Shown: positions 34,765-44,457 of the stretch, piece by piece
Layout: each line of letters starts with the position of its first letter
Position numbering within the stretch: the stretch's first letter is position 1
DNA from: Naegleria gruberi
Taxonomy: Eukaryota
NCBI GenBank assembly: GCA_000004985.1
Contig: GG738851.1
Length of the DNA stretch: 64,000 bases
Reading direction: 5' to 3' (one strand)
Made by a program: the position numbers and the translations under genes
Notes under the pieces: generated by a model
What the model saw: only the letters and a program-made list of their open reading frames with translations
What the model was told of the DNA's origin: nothing
Databases searched by the model: none

Positions 34765-34882
34765 GGCTACGGCCATATCACGATGAATGCACCTCATCCC
34801 GTCCGATTTGAGAAGTTAAGCACCGTAGAGCCACATCAGTACTGAGGTTGGAGACAACTTGGGAACCTGTGGTGCTGTAGTC
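34765..34882 (+). rRNA. 5S ribosomal RNA gene, copy 3 (118 nt)
   Basis: GGCTACGGCCATATCACGATGAATGCACCTCATCCCGTCCGATTTGAGAAGTTAAGCACCGTAGAGCCACATCAGTACTGAGGTTGGAGACAACTTGGGAACCTGTGGTGCTGTAGTC, then T5. Its upstream flank matches copy 1 in inverted orientation. Confidence 0.9.
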
Positions 34883-35052
34883 TTTTTATTTATCCTTAGC
34901 TGTTGAATTAAAAAGGATTCGTTGATTATTACTTTTTAATATTAAATATCAGTTTGATTATTACTCTGAAACAAGTAATCAAATTTCAATAATTCACTAT
35001 TCACAGTTTAATTTATTTACAATAATTGAGAGAGTTTACGATATTATGCTAT

Positions 35053-35511
35053 TTAGCCTCCTCTCAATCTCAATACTAAATGCACAGTTGAATCCTTTTG
35101 AAGATTGTAATCACCAATGGTTCTTCCATCTTCCAATTGCTTACCGGCATAAATCAATCGTTGTTGATCTGAAGGAATTCCTTCCTTATCAAATATCTTT
35201 TGTTTCATATTCTCAACAGTGTCGTTTGATTCCATTTCGATAGTAATTGTCTTTCCAGTTAAGGTTTTTACAAAGAGTTGCATTCCTCCTCTTAATCTCA
35301 ACACCAAATGAAGTGTTGAATCTTTTTGAATGTTGTAGTCATTAATAGTTCTGCCATCTTCCAATTGTTTACCTGCAAAGATGAGTCTTTGTTGATCTGG
35401 TGAAATTCCTTCCTTATCTTGTACCTTTCTTTTCACATTTTCAATTGAATCATTGGATTCAACCTCCAAAGTGATAGTTCTTCCAGTGAGTGTCTTGACA
35501 AATAATTGCAT
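35053..35511 (-). CDS. Di-ubiquitin-like protein: two head-to-tail 76-aa ubiquitin-fold repeats, each ending RLRGG, with the stop directly after the second GG
   Basis: Repeat 1 has 11 substitutions against canonical ubiquitin, including K11R. Repeat 2 has 16 substitutions. K6/K27/K29/K33/K48/K63, I44, V70 and the C-terminal GG are retained in both repeats. Confidence 0.8.
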   Translation of the reverse strand: MQLFVKTLTGRTITLEVESNDSIENVKRKVQDKEGISPDQQRLIFAGKQLEDGRTINDYNIQKDSTLHLVLRLRGGMQLFVKTLTGKTITIEMESNDTVENMKQKIFDKEGIPSDQQRLIYAGKQLEDGRTIGDYNLQKDSTVHLVLRLRGG

Positions 35512-35615
35512 TATGTTTGTTGTCTTTGTTTTTGCTTATTGTTTTTCTTGAATCCAAAGCTTCTTTGCTTTTTAAGCTTGTTTTGAGAAGTGTATTTTTA
35601 GAAAGTTGTTCTTGA

Positions 35616-35870
35616 TTAAGAATATCTTGTATGAACTGATTTTTGTTTCTGGACACAAACTTGGTTCTCAGTGAGTTTCTTCAAGAGTTCATACGGCTCA
35701 TTGATATTAAAGCAGTGCATGAGAATTTGATTATCTGGATTGACTTTCATATAGTAAGGATACCACATAAGTTTCAACCAAGTGTTGTTCCTCAGGTTCC
35801 ACACATTTAACAAGAACTTCATCCAAATCCAAGACAAGAGTCTTTTTGGATGGATCCTTGGCTGGAGGTA
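35616..35870 (-). pseudogene. Possible degenerate NIF/FCP1-like phosphatase fragment
   Basis: One frame encodes MLPPAKDPSKKTLVLDLDEVLVKCVEP, resembling the DLDETLVHS motif of the NIF family. The downstream region is broken across frames with stops. No convincing continuation. Confidence 0.2.
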
Positions 35871-36368
35871 ACATTAACTTATTCTCTTTTGAGCTATTAA
35901 ACGCATAATTATAAGAATTTCTGTGTTGCCCAATTTGTGAGCAAATATTAAGTACAGCAATGGATGGTGACTTTCTTGTTGCTCAAGTTTATTCTTCAAG
36001 GTGTGAATGTTTCGTTCTCCTGTTGGTGAAAGTGTTACAATAGGAAGGATTGTGGTTGTTTTGAGAATAAGTGTGGAGGATTTGTATATTCTCTTGATGA
36101 TGGTATTTCTTATAAGCATTTTGAATATTTCAATATTTTAAGGAGCACTTGTTGGATTAATAAACTGAAGAGAAATTTAAGGGAAAAAATTGATTGAATT
36201 TATGTTCTTGATTGGAATAAGATTGAGTTTCAATCAAAATTTTATTTCTTTAAAACAAACATTAATAAATAGATCATAAAATGAGCTCTAAACTTTATTG
36301 ATTTCCTTCTCGTCGTAGAACACTATGAGAAGTTGAAATGAATGAAAGAAATTAGAGAAAAAATTTAA

Positions 36369-36439
36369 CTCGAACGCCGGGAATTGAACCCGGGTCGCCA
36401 GAGTGACAGTCTGGAATGCTACCACTATACCACGCCCGA
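36369..36439 (-). tRNA. tRNA-Asp (anticodon GTC)
   Basis: Reverse complement TCGGGCGTGGTATAGTGGTAGCATTCCAGACTGTCACTCTGGCGACCCGGGTTCAATTCCCGGCGTTCGAG folds as a cloverleaf: acceptor TCGGGCG/CGTTCGA, anticodon stem CCAGA/TCTGG with loop CTGTCAC, T-arm CCGGG-TTCAATT-CCCGG. A T-run terminator lies downstream. Confidence 0.85.
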
Positions 36440-36766
36440 TTACATCAATGATCTCTTAATTAGCCTTAATATTTAACAGAGTTTAGTTTGTCCTTAACTG
36501 TTCCATTAGTTGACTGTGTTTTATAAATAGAAAACCATAATATTAAGCGTATTTCAACAAAACTGAAGCTAAGTCTGGTGTAAAGGAGGTTAATATTTGA
36601 GGCATGTAGTGTAATTCTAACATCACGATCAGCTCATTTATCTGAAGTGTTGGTGGCGTAACTCCACCCATGCCTTTTTACCTCAGCTTAAATAAAAATT
36701 TTTTCCTAGAAGAGAATTAAGAGAAAAAACAACTTGCTCCACTTCTCAATTAAAGTTTTATGTAAT

Positions 36767-39378
36767 TTATTTGTCAATCAAGTTAATATCAGTGTCTGTG
36801 GAGAGTAAATGTTTACAACGTTTGGTTCCAACAATTCTTTCCAATTTCAAAGCGTCAAAAGTACTAAAGAGTGATAAAATTCTGCAAGATGGATATTGAG
36901 TACGAATATTGATGGCCTTCTTGGCAAATATTTCATAAATAAAAGCATTTTCTGGAAGTGAATAGTAAACAATTTGATTAATCTTGAAATCTGACAATTT
37001 TGGAGCATGATAATAAAAGTGACGTTCAGTATAAACTAAAAAGTTGGCACAATCTTGTCTAAATTTGGTGAGGACATTCTTTGTCTTTTCAGTATATTCT
37101 GAAATACCGTGGAATGGAATATTACACATATCAAAGAAATTTCTCAAACGAACAAAATCCAAATATGAAGAAACTACAATTAAAAATCTTCCATCAACAC
37201 TATTCTTAAATCTTGGGAAAACTGTATTCACAAAGTGATTGTAACGATCCTCATCAACTTGAGCTGGATCTTGAGTTGAAATTCTCTCAAAGATTTGTGG
37301 GATTTGTCCGAAAATAGATCCAATCACGCCATCATAGAGTGATCTAACCTTAACAACTCCTCTGAAATTTTTACAATACTTTGAAACGAGACCATTAATG
37401 TCTGGACTCATTTGACTGCTGAAAATAAGTGTTTGTCTAAAGTATTTGGATCTATTTTTCAATATTTAGAAATCTAGAATTTGATTTTCAAATTACTTAC
37501 AATCCTTGAATGTGATATTCTTTCAAAATGTCAAAATCGAGATCAAAGGTAAACTTTTGCTGTTCTTCAACATTCACCAAATCCATTGTCTTGGTAACGT
37601 GTTCCCAATTTTGCATGAGGAGTTTGTCACATTGATCAATAATACAAACTTCAATGGAAGATAAAAATCTTTCACTAAATCTTGTTAAAAGAACATGATT
37701 ATTAATGGTACTACTTACTATCTGTCTGAAATATTTTCCTGTTGAATACCAATTGGTGTGGCAATGATAATGTCAGCCTCTGAAACTGGAGCCATAATTT
37801 CCAATTGACCATGATGATCCTTCAATTTAACACCCAAACTGAATTCTTCATTGGTGTTACCTTCGAAAATCTTTTGCCACCAAAGTGGTTTAGACTTTTT
37901 CAGTTCTTCATCCTCTTCATCAGCATCAAAAGTCAATTCGAAAGCTTCCTTTCTTCTTGTGGAGAGAAGTTTTGGAATGAGTTCTGAAATCAATTCAACA
38001 ATCAAGAAGGCAACAAAACGATTTGGAACGAGAACCAAAATCTTTGAAGTGTTATAAGAATCATCCTTCACTGTATACTGCTCCTTACTGTAGAATTCTC
38101 TCTTTGTATCATTGTACCATTCATATCTCTTTGTTCTTTAGAATTATTGAAATATATTGTTAATAATAAATATTGAAAAACCTACTTTAACAAGTGATTC
38201 ACAATATGAAGAGTATAAGTTTCAACACAAACTCTATGATTATCGAGGGTGCAATTAGGGAAGTACAAATCTCTATAATCATTCATGATGGTAAATAATC
38301 TACCTTGGAAATCATCTCTGAAATGAGTCAATGGAGTAGTACTTTTTGGATTCGAATAGGTAGAACCAGATTTAATCTTTGAACGAAGGGAAGTCTTTGG
38401 AGTATAGAAACGTGAAGCATCATCTTCACCTTGAACTTCTTGAAGGTAATCTTTCCATTTTCTAATCAAATCATCTTCAACCAAGAGCTCATTCAATGTA
38501 TAGGATTTGTCTCTCTTGAGTTTTTCCATTATTGAAGTGGATCCAAGAGAAAGTGGTGTATCTTCATCTTTGAATTGGAATTTGACAGTCTCAGTTTCCG
38601 TGAGGAGTATATCATCCAATTTATCATTTTCCTTAATGTCTGCTGTGGTGATTACCTTCTTGACATGTTCTTCCTTTGTGAAACTCTTGTAGAGTTGATT
38701 GAGTTCATCTTCTGTTTTTGTTCCAATAAATTGAATGACATCTCCCAAAACCAAAGCTTTGTCACCATTTGGTGTATCATCAATAATGGTCTCAACAACC
38801 TTTGTTTCCGTTGATGTTTCAATAAATTCCTTCAATTCTTTTGATTCCCAAGGTCTATAGAAATGATGATACCAAACATCCTTAACTTTCTTATCAAAAT
38901 CAATGCATACACAAAGTTTTTGATAGGAATTATCACTCAAATCATTGGTACGATATTCAATAAATACTGGATTGCTTGTTTTAAAGTGATATTTTGGTAA
39001 ATTCAATTTGTAATCGTCAATATTGAGTTGTTGTGTGACTTTTGATGAAATATCCACTTTTAATTGGGTAGCAAATGGATCCATAATGAATTTGTTTCCT
39101 TTTGGTGTTGTGTCAATGTTTGAAAGAATTTTGTTTCTCAACTTGTCCATAATAGAGATGGATTCATATTTTGGTTTTTTAGTTTCATCATCTTCACTTC
39201 CGATGAGTTTTCTCTTCTTTTTACTGGCAAGAGATTTTAAATTTAAACCTTTAGATCCTTGAGATGTTGTTGATAATGTAGAGGTTGTTGTTGACTTTTT
39301 AGCTGGTTCATCCTCTTTTGATGTTGTTGTTGCAAAGGACACTTGCTTTTTCATTTTTTTTATTGAATTGTTCTTCAT
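36767..39378 (-). CDS. UTP25 / digestive-organ-expansion-factor-family nucleolar protein, complement(join(36767..37451,37501..37674,37719..38135,38186..39378)), ~822 aa
   Basis: Acidic and Ser-rich N-terminus. Conserved blocks LHIVNHLLK, DIIIATPIGIQ, FLSSIEVCIIDQCDKLLMQNWEHV and HFYYHAPK. Four exons joined by 44-50-nt GT..AG introns, with phases consistent with the ORF-track frames. Confidence 0.8.
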
Positions 39379-39488
39379 GGTATTTGTTGTTGTTCAATTA
39401 TTATTCACCACCATGATTAAATACTGTGTTAAAGCGCCATGCATGAAAAGCTAATAAACTTGCAAGTTACAAGAGAAAATTGTACAAT

Positions 39489-40229
39489 TTATTGTTCTTC
39501 AACAACGATACCACTGTCAATAACCTTGACTTCTTCAGCTGGCTTATCACCATAACCAGTTCTAACATTTTCAATCTTTCTAACAACATCCAAACCAGAG
39601 ACGACTTGTCCGAAAACAACGTGCTTACCATCCAACCATGGAGTTGGTCCCAAAGTAACAAAGAATTGAGAACCATTAGTGTCTGGACCAGCATTAGCCA
39701 TGGAGAGACATCCAATGAAGTGCTTAACCTTGAAGTTTTCATCAACAAATCTATCACCATAAATTGACTTTCCACCCATACCATTACCCATAGTGAAGTC
39801 TATCATGATATTAATCCAAGTCAATATTCAACAATAATTGAAAAGCATATGATTAATTCGGATCAACAAAGATGTTAAAGATATTAAAAACATACCACCA
39901 CCTTGAATGACAAAGTTAGTAATAACTCTGTGGAAAGTAGATCCCTTGTAACCGAATCCTGGAGTACCAGCAGTCAATTGCTTGAAGTTTTCAGCGGTCT
40001 AATCAAAAGATGATGATTCATCATATTTGTATAAATGTAAAATGTTGAAAATACAAACCTTTGGGACGGTCTTACCATACAAACCGAAAACAATTCTACC
40101 AGCTGGAATACCACCAATGGTGATATCAAAGTAGACTTTATCAGTAATTTCCTTGTCGTCAGCCTTGACCAAAGCGACCATCATCAAGACGATGGCGACA
40201 GCGGCAAAAGTAATAAAACGCTTATTCAT
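39489..40229 (-). CDS. Secretory-pathway cyclophilin (peptidyl-prolyl isomerase, cyclophilin-B-like), complement(join(39489..39799,39896..39998,40059..40229)), 194 aa
   Basis: Signal peptide [23 protein letters not shown]. Core [28 protein letters not shown]...[17 protein letters not shown]. Introns of 60 and 96 nt. The stop of ORF 39999..40229 is the TAG that ends intron 1. Confidence 0.85.
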
Positions 40230-40337
40230 TTTTTTATGTTTTGATTAATTAATATTTGATCGTACTCTCTACAGTTATTTACTGTATTGTTTGGCTTGAA
40301 ATACGTGTTTTAATCTTTGTAAAATTAATGTCAATTT

Positions 40338-40394
40338 GTCAATTAATTATTTCTTTAATATATATATCTGATATTAAAGAAATAATTAATTGAC
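40338..40394. repeat. Perfect 24-bp inverted repeat with 9-nt spacer (hairpin or palindrome)
   Basis: GTCAATTAATTATTTCTTTAATAT-atatatctg-ATATTAAAGAAATAATTAATTGAC, lying between the cyclophilin start and the stop of ORF 40509..41240. Confidence 0.7.
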
Positions 40395-40508
40395 ACCAAT
40401 AGATATTCAATTAAATAATAATAAAAAGACAAATAAATCCAAACTGAAGAGATTTGAAAATTGATGTTTAAATAAATAATAATTTACAAAATATTACTAG
40501 ATCAAAAA

Positions 40509-41240
40509 TTAGTGAGATTTCGCCTTTTCCAAAAGTTGATTAACCTTGTTCAGAATACCATCTTCTGCGAGAGCCGAACGATTAGAAACTGGGTCAATAA
40601 TATAAAAATTAAAACAGTGAGTGGCAGTATGTTCATATAAAGTAGTGGAAACACAAGGTTGCAAAAGTGTGACCCAGTTAAAACAAGTGACGCAACGATT
40701 AACAACAGTACGTCCAGTCTCGGAATCCTTCTTGAAAGATACAGGAATTTTAACAAGATCTACTTGAGCAGAGTGATCTTCTTCTCCTGGCTTGTATCCT
40801 GGCAAATTGCAAGGAAGCTTGAAGGCAATTAAATCTGATTGATTCAACAAAACTTCAAGCTTTTCAGCAAAAGATTGTCCTTCAACCAAACCGATCAAGT
40901 AGGCCTTTCCTCCATTAATACCAGGGGCCGAGTTTGTTGTCAATAAACCATTTCCATTAATTGAAACAAGTGATCCAATAAGAGGAGATGTTTCTAATTG
41001 TAATCCGTTTGTGTATGGTGTTGTTTTTGTTTCTCCACGAATAAAATCAATATTCAGAGCAATCAAATCTTGAAAGCTGTTGCTCTTCTTGTATTGTTCG
41101 AGAGTTTGTTCAGAGAGTGTGAGAGACATTTTTTTTAAATATTTTGTGAGCGCCAATTCTCCTTGGTGTGAGTGATGAATTTTCAGTGCCTTATCGGGTC
41201 CATTTGTGGAAATAGAAAAAACAATAACAAATGGATTCAC
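40509..41240 (-). CDS. Hypothetical protein (243 aa, or 206 aa from the internal Met MSLTLSEQ)
   Basis: Uninterrupted ORF with a CxxC pair (CVTCFNW) and a Gly/Asn-rich middle. No family recognised. Confidence 0.4.
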   Translation of the reverse strand: MNPFVIVFSISTNGPDKALKIHHSHQGELALTKYLKKMSLTLSEQTLEQYKKSNSFQDLIALNIDFIRGETKTTPYTNGLQLETSPLIGSLVSINGNGLLTTNSAPGINGGKAYLIGLVEGQSFAEKLEVLLNQSDLIAFKLPCNLPGYKPGEEDHSAQVDLVKIPVSFKKDSETGRTVVNRCVTCFNWVTLLQPCVSTTLYEHTATHCFNFYIIDPVSNRSALAEDGILNKVNQLLEKAKSH

Positions 41241-41542
41241 ACAACTTGGACTCTGAGTTATTAAGTCCTCTCTAATGATTGAAGTAATTGGATGAAGCTT
41301 ATTAGGAGAATCGTTGAAAATAATTGAATGAAGTTTAAAACAATTGAAGAAAGGCGTTTACAAACAAATTGAAGTTTGAATTAGTAAATTGACCATTTTG
41401 AAAATTGTACAATTAAATATGTGCCCCATGAGAAGAATTGGTTCAAATTAAAAAAATGCAATAGTTTAAAATCTTAAAGATTGGTTTTTAAACTAAACCA
41501 AAAAAACTCAATCAAAACTCTTATAAACATCTCTTTTAAACC

Positions 41543-41680
41543 ATGCCTTGTCCTCATTGCTCCAAAGTTGCTCACAATCAACAATGTCCTTGTGAAGAGA
41601 AAGGAGTTTGTACATGCGAAAAGTGTGATTGTTCTCATTGCAAGAACATGCAAAGTAAGAATACAAAGAACATACAATAG
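41543..41680 (+). CDS. Small Cys-rich metallothionein-like ORF (45 aa), below the ORF-track size cutoff
   Basis: MPCPHCSKVAHNQQCPCEEKGVCTCEKCDCSHCKNMQSKNTKNIQ has 9 Cys and 3 His in CxC/CxxC spacing. A TATAAA lies about 20 nt upstream of the ATG. It sits in an otherwise gene-free 650-bp gap. Confidence 0.35.
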   Translation: MPCPHCSKVAHNQQCPCEEKGVCTCEKCDCSHCKNMQSKNTKNIQ

Positions 41681-41888
41681 TTTCCTTTCTGTTTGTGACG
41701 CTCCACTAATAAAAAACACAATTCTTTAGTTGAATTGGCTAACTTTCATTAAATGTTATTCTTTGAATTGCAAAATGGAGGATATCTGGTAGTCATGATG
41801 AATTCCATCTTAATATTTAATTTTCAGTGAGCGCCAAAATCTTCCCGCCAATTTTTCATACATTTTTCAAAAAGAAAATCTCAAAACG

Positions 41889-44329
41889 ATGTCCTCATCA
41901 TCCTCCTCATCACCTCTGTCATCAGGAGGAGGTCATCAGCAACAAAATCAACAACAACAACAGCAACCCGAAGTAATGGGGTTTGATCATCATCATTATC
42001 ATATTAATGCATCTCCAGCCTTAACGTATGTGTTTACAAGTATAAATTTAATTAATAATTTGCTATCTTGTTTAATAGAAAGGAGGAAATTACTCAATTG
42101 ATGGATTTGATACATGATAAGGATTCTAGGATAAGAGATTTGGAGAAGGAATTGAATGAGAGCAATAAATTAGCTTCTGAAGTACAATATCGATTACTTG
42201 AAACAAAGCGAATAGTGGAAGATAGAGACCGAGGGCTGCTGAGTAGTTCCCTTCCCGAAGAATTCAAGCTGACACTTAAGAAACTAGAACTCGAAACACA
42301 ACATAAGGAGGCCCTGCTAAAGGAGAGAAAACAAATGAAATCCAGCCTCAAAAACTATAGGAACGAGAATAAGGAATTGAAGGAAAAGATTAACGAGTTT
42401 GAAAGAGCAAAGAACCAACCAGACCAAACTTCCCTTGAATTGTCACAACACAAACAAAAGGTTTCTGAATTGCAAACCCAAGTGGCCTACATTCAGGGTA
42501 AATTAGTGTTAGAGTTAAAGAGAAAGGAATGCGAAAATGAAGAAAAAGCATTGCTTCAAGCAGAAGTCAATAGATACAAAAAGATGGTAGAAGAAGGACA
42601 GAAAACCCTCGAAAATTTGAAACAGGAACAATTCAATACTCAGAGACTTTTAGCCCAAACTTCGGAGCAGAGCAAAAAATTGGAAGTACTAGGATTTGAA
42701 GCACGTAAGCTTCCATTAGTTGAGGAAAAACTAGGTTCATACAAATTACATTTGGAAAAGACAAAACAACAAAATACCGAGCTCACTCAACAATTACAAG
42801 AAGCTAGGAAATACATTGATGATCTTCAATCCGAAAGGGCTCAAAACAATTCCAATTTTCAAAAGGCAATTGGAACATTGGAGGAAGAGCTGGGTTATTA
42901 CAAATCTCAGCTTAAAAAGAAACAGGATGAGATTGAACACTATGGACTTCTCACAAAAGAGTTGGAAGCTGATATGGCAAAAAAGAAGGAAGAGCATAAT
43001 GAGATTGTAACCAAATATTACCTCGTCAAAGAGGAGCACGAAACTACAGTATCTCAAATTGGAGAATATCATCAAGAAGTTGCTGCTCTCAAGGTTCAAT
43101 TGACTCATTTTACAAAACTTCAATCTCAATACAATGCTCTCAGGGATGAATATGAAGTTTTGAAGAACCAAAATTTGAGTTTTGTTCAACGAGTTGCCGA
43201 AACTGAAACCGAATTGCTGGAAAAGAAGGAGCAAATAAGAACAACTTCTAGACAGCTCTCTGATAGAAAGAAAGAAAATAAGAAGGAAGCCATCTCCTAT
43301 CAACAAGACTTGAGGGAAGCCAACGATAAGATAAAAGAGCTCCTGCTAAAGCTATCCCATGCAGAGGATACTATTGATGATTTGAAGGATAAAATCAAAA
43401 ATGTGAACAAACAATTGGCCGAAACTCAAAAGTTAAATAAGATGGACAAGGATATGGTTAAAGATTATGTTGAAAAGATTGACCAACTCAATGAAGAGTC
43501 TAAGAAATTGTAAGTTTTAATGCATGAACTCAAATTGATTGTTTACTGTTTTTATAGGAACATTTCTGTTGCCAATTTGAAGAGAGCTCTCAAACAGAAA
43601 GAGGATGAAGTTGCAGGAAAAAACAACACTATTGATAGTTTAAAGAAAGAAAAGGAAAATGAACAAAAGAAAGCAACTGAATTGAGCTCCAAAGTGAAGG
43701 ACACTAATGAATATGAAGAAAAATTGAAAAAGTTCCAGAAATGCTCTTTGAGAAAAGATCAATTGATCAAGGAGCAGAAAGCATCTCTAACACTAACCCA
43801 AGACGAAAATAAGCGTCTAGTTGCATCTGTGTGTACATTGAAGAAAAAAACTGTGGAGATGGCTCAAGAATTCCAAAAGAGAGAAAAGGAGAAGGACAAG
43901 AAAATAGCAGAGTTGGAAGAGTTGCTCAAAGAGTTGAAAGACGAAAACGAAAGAAAGGATGAGGAAATTACTGAGATGAATTCTGATTTGAACGATATGG
44001 CCAAATCAATGGATTCTGATAAGAAACAAAGAGAATTAAGAATAAGAGAATTGGAAGATGAGATCAGAAACCTAAAAGAAACGAAGGATACTGAAATTAG
44101 ATTGTTAATTCAAAAGATTGAGCAACTGAAACGAGCCATTTCAGATTTCATTGACAAGGAAAAGAGGAAGGGTGAGGAAGAAATTATCAAAAAGCAAAAA
44201 GATATTGACACCTCATCAGATATGGACTTTTCAGTTCCATTAACGTTTGTCTCTGCCTCTGAATATGAAGAAATTATGAGCTCACTGAAGAAACCATCTC
44301 TTCACATTCTCAAACAACAACTCCTGTAA
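41889..44329 (+). CDS. Long coiled-coil protein, join(41889..42025,42079..43509,43558..44329), ~779 aa
   Basis: Ser- and Gln-rich N-terminal exon, then about 700 aa of heptad-rich E/K/Q/L sequence. Introns of 53 and 48 nt (GTATGT...TTAATAG and GTAAGT...TTTATAG). The frames agree with ORFs 42068.. and 43520... Confidence 0.6.
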
Positions 44330-44457
44330 ATATTTCCCTCTGTACCATCTAGACAACACCTCTAAGATTATTTAACATTCATTATTAACCAACTACCCAA
44401 CTATTTATTAACAATACATTTCAATTTAATAATATTATTAAATTAATATATTCTAAA

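Larger units (their letters stand above)
30986..34882. repeat. Right, decayed arm of the inverted duplication
   Basis: The order is the reverse of the left arm: truncated 5S, small-ORF region, AKR(-), M14-like relic, intact 5S. Relative to the left arm it carries deletions of ~0.8 and ~1.1 kb, an insertion of ~260 bp (~31166-31425) and a local inverted partial duplication. Confidence 0.8.
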
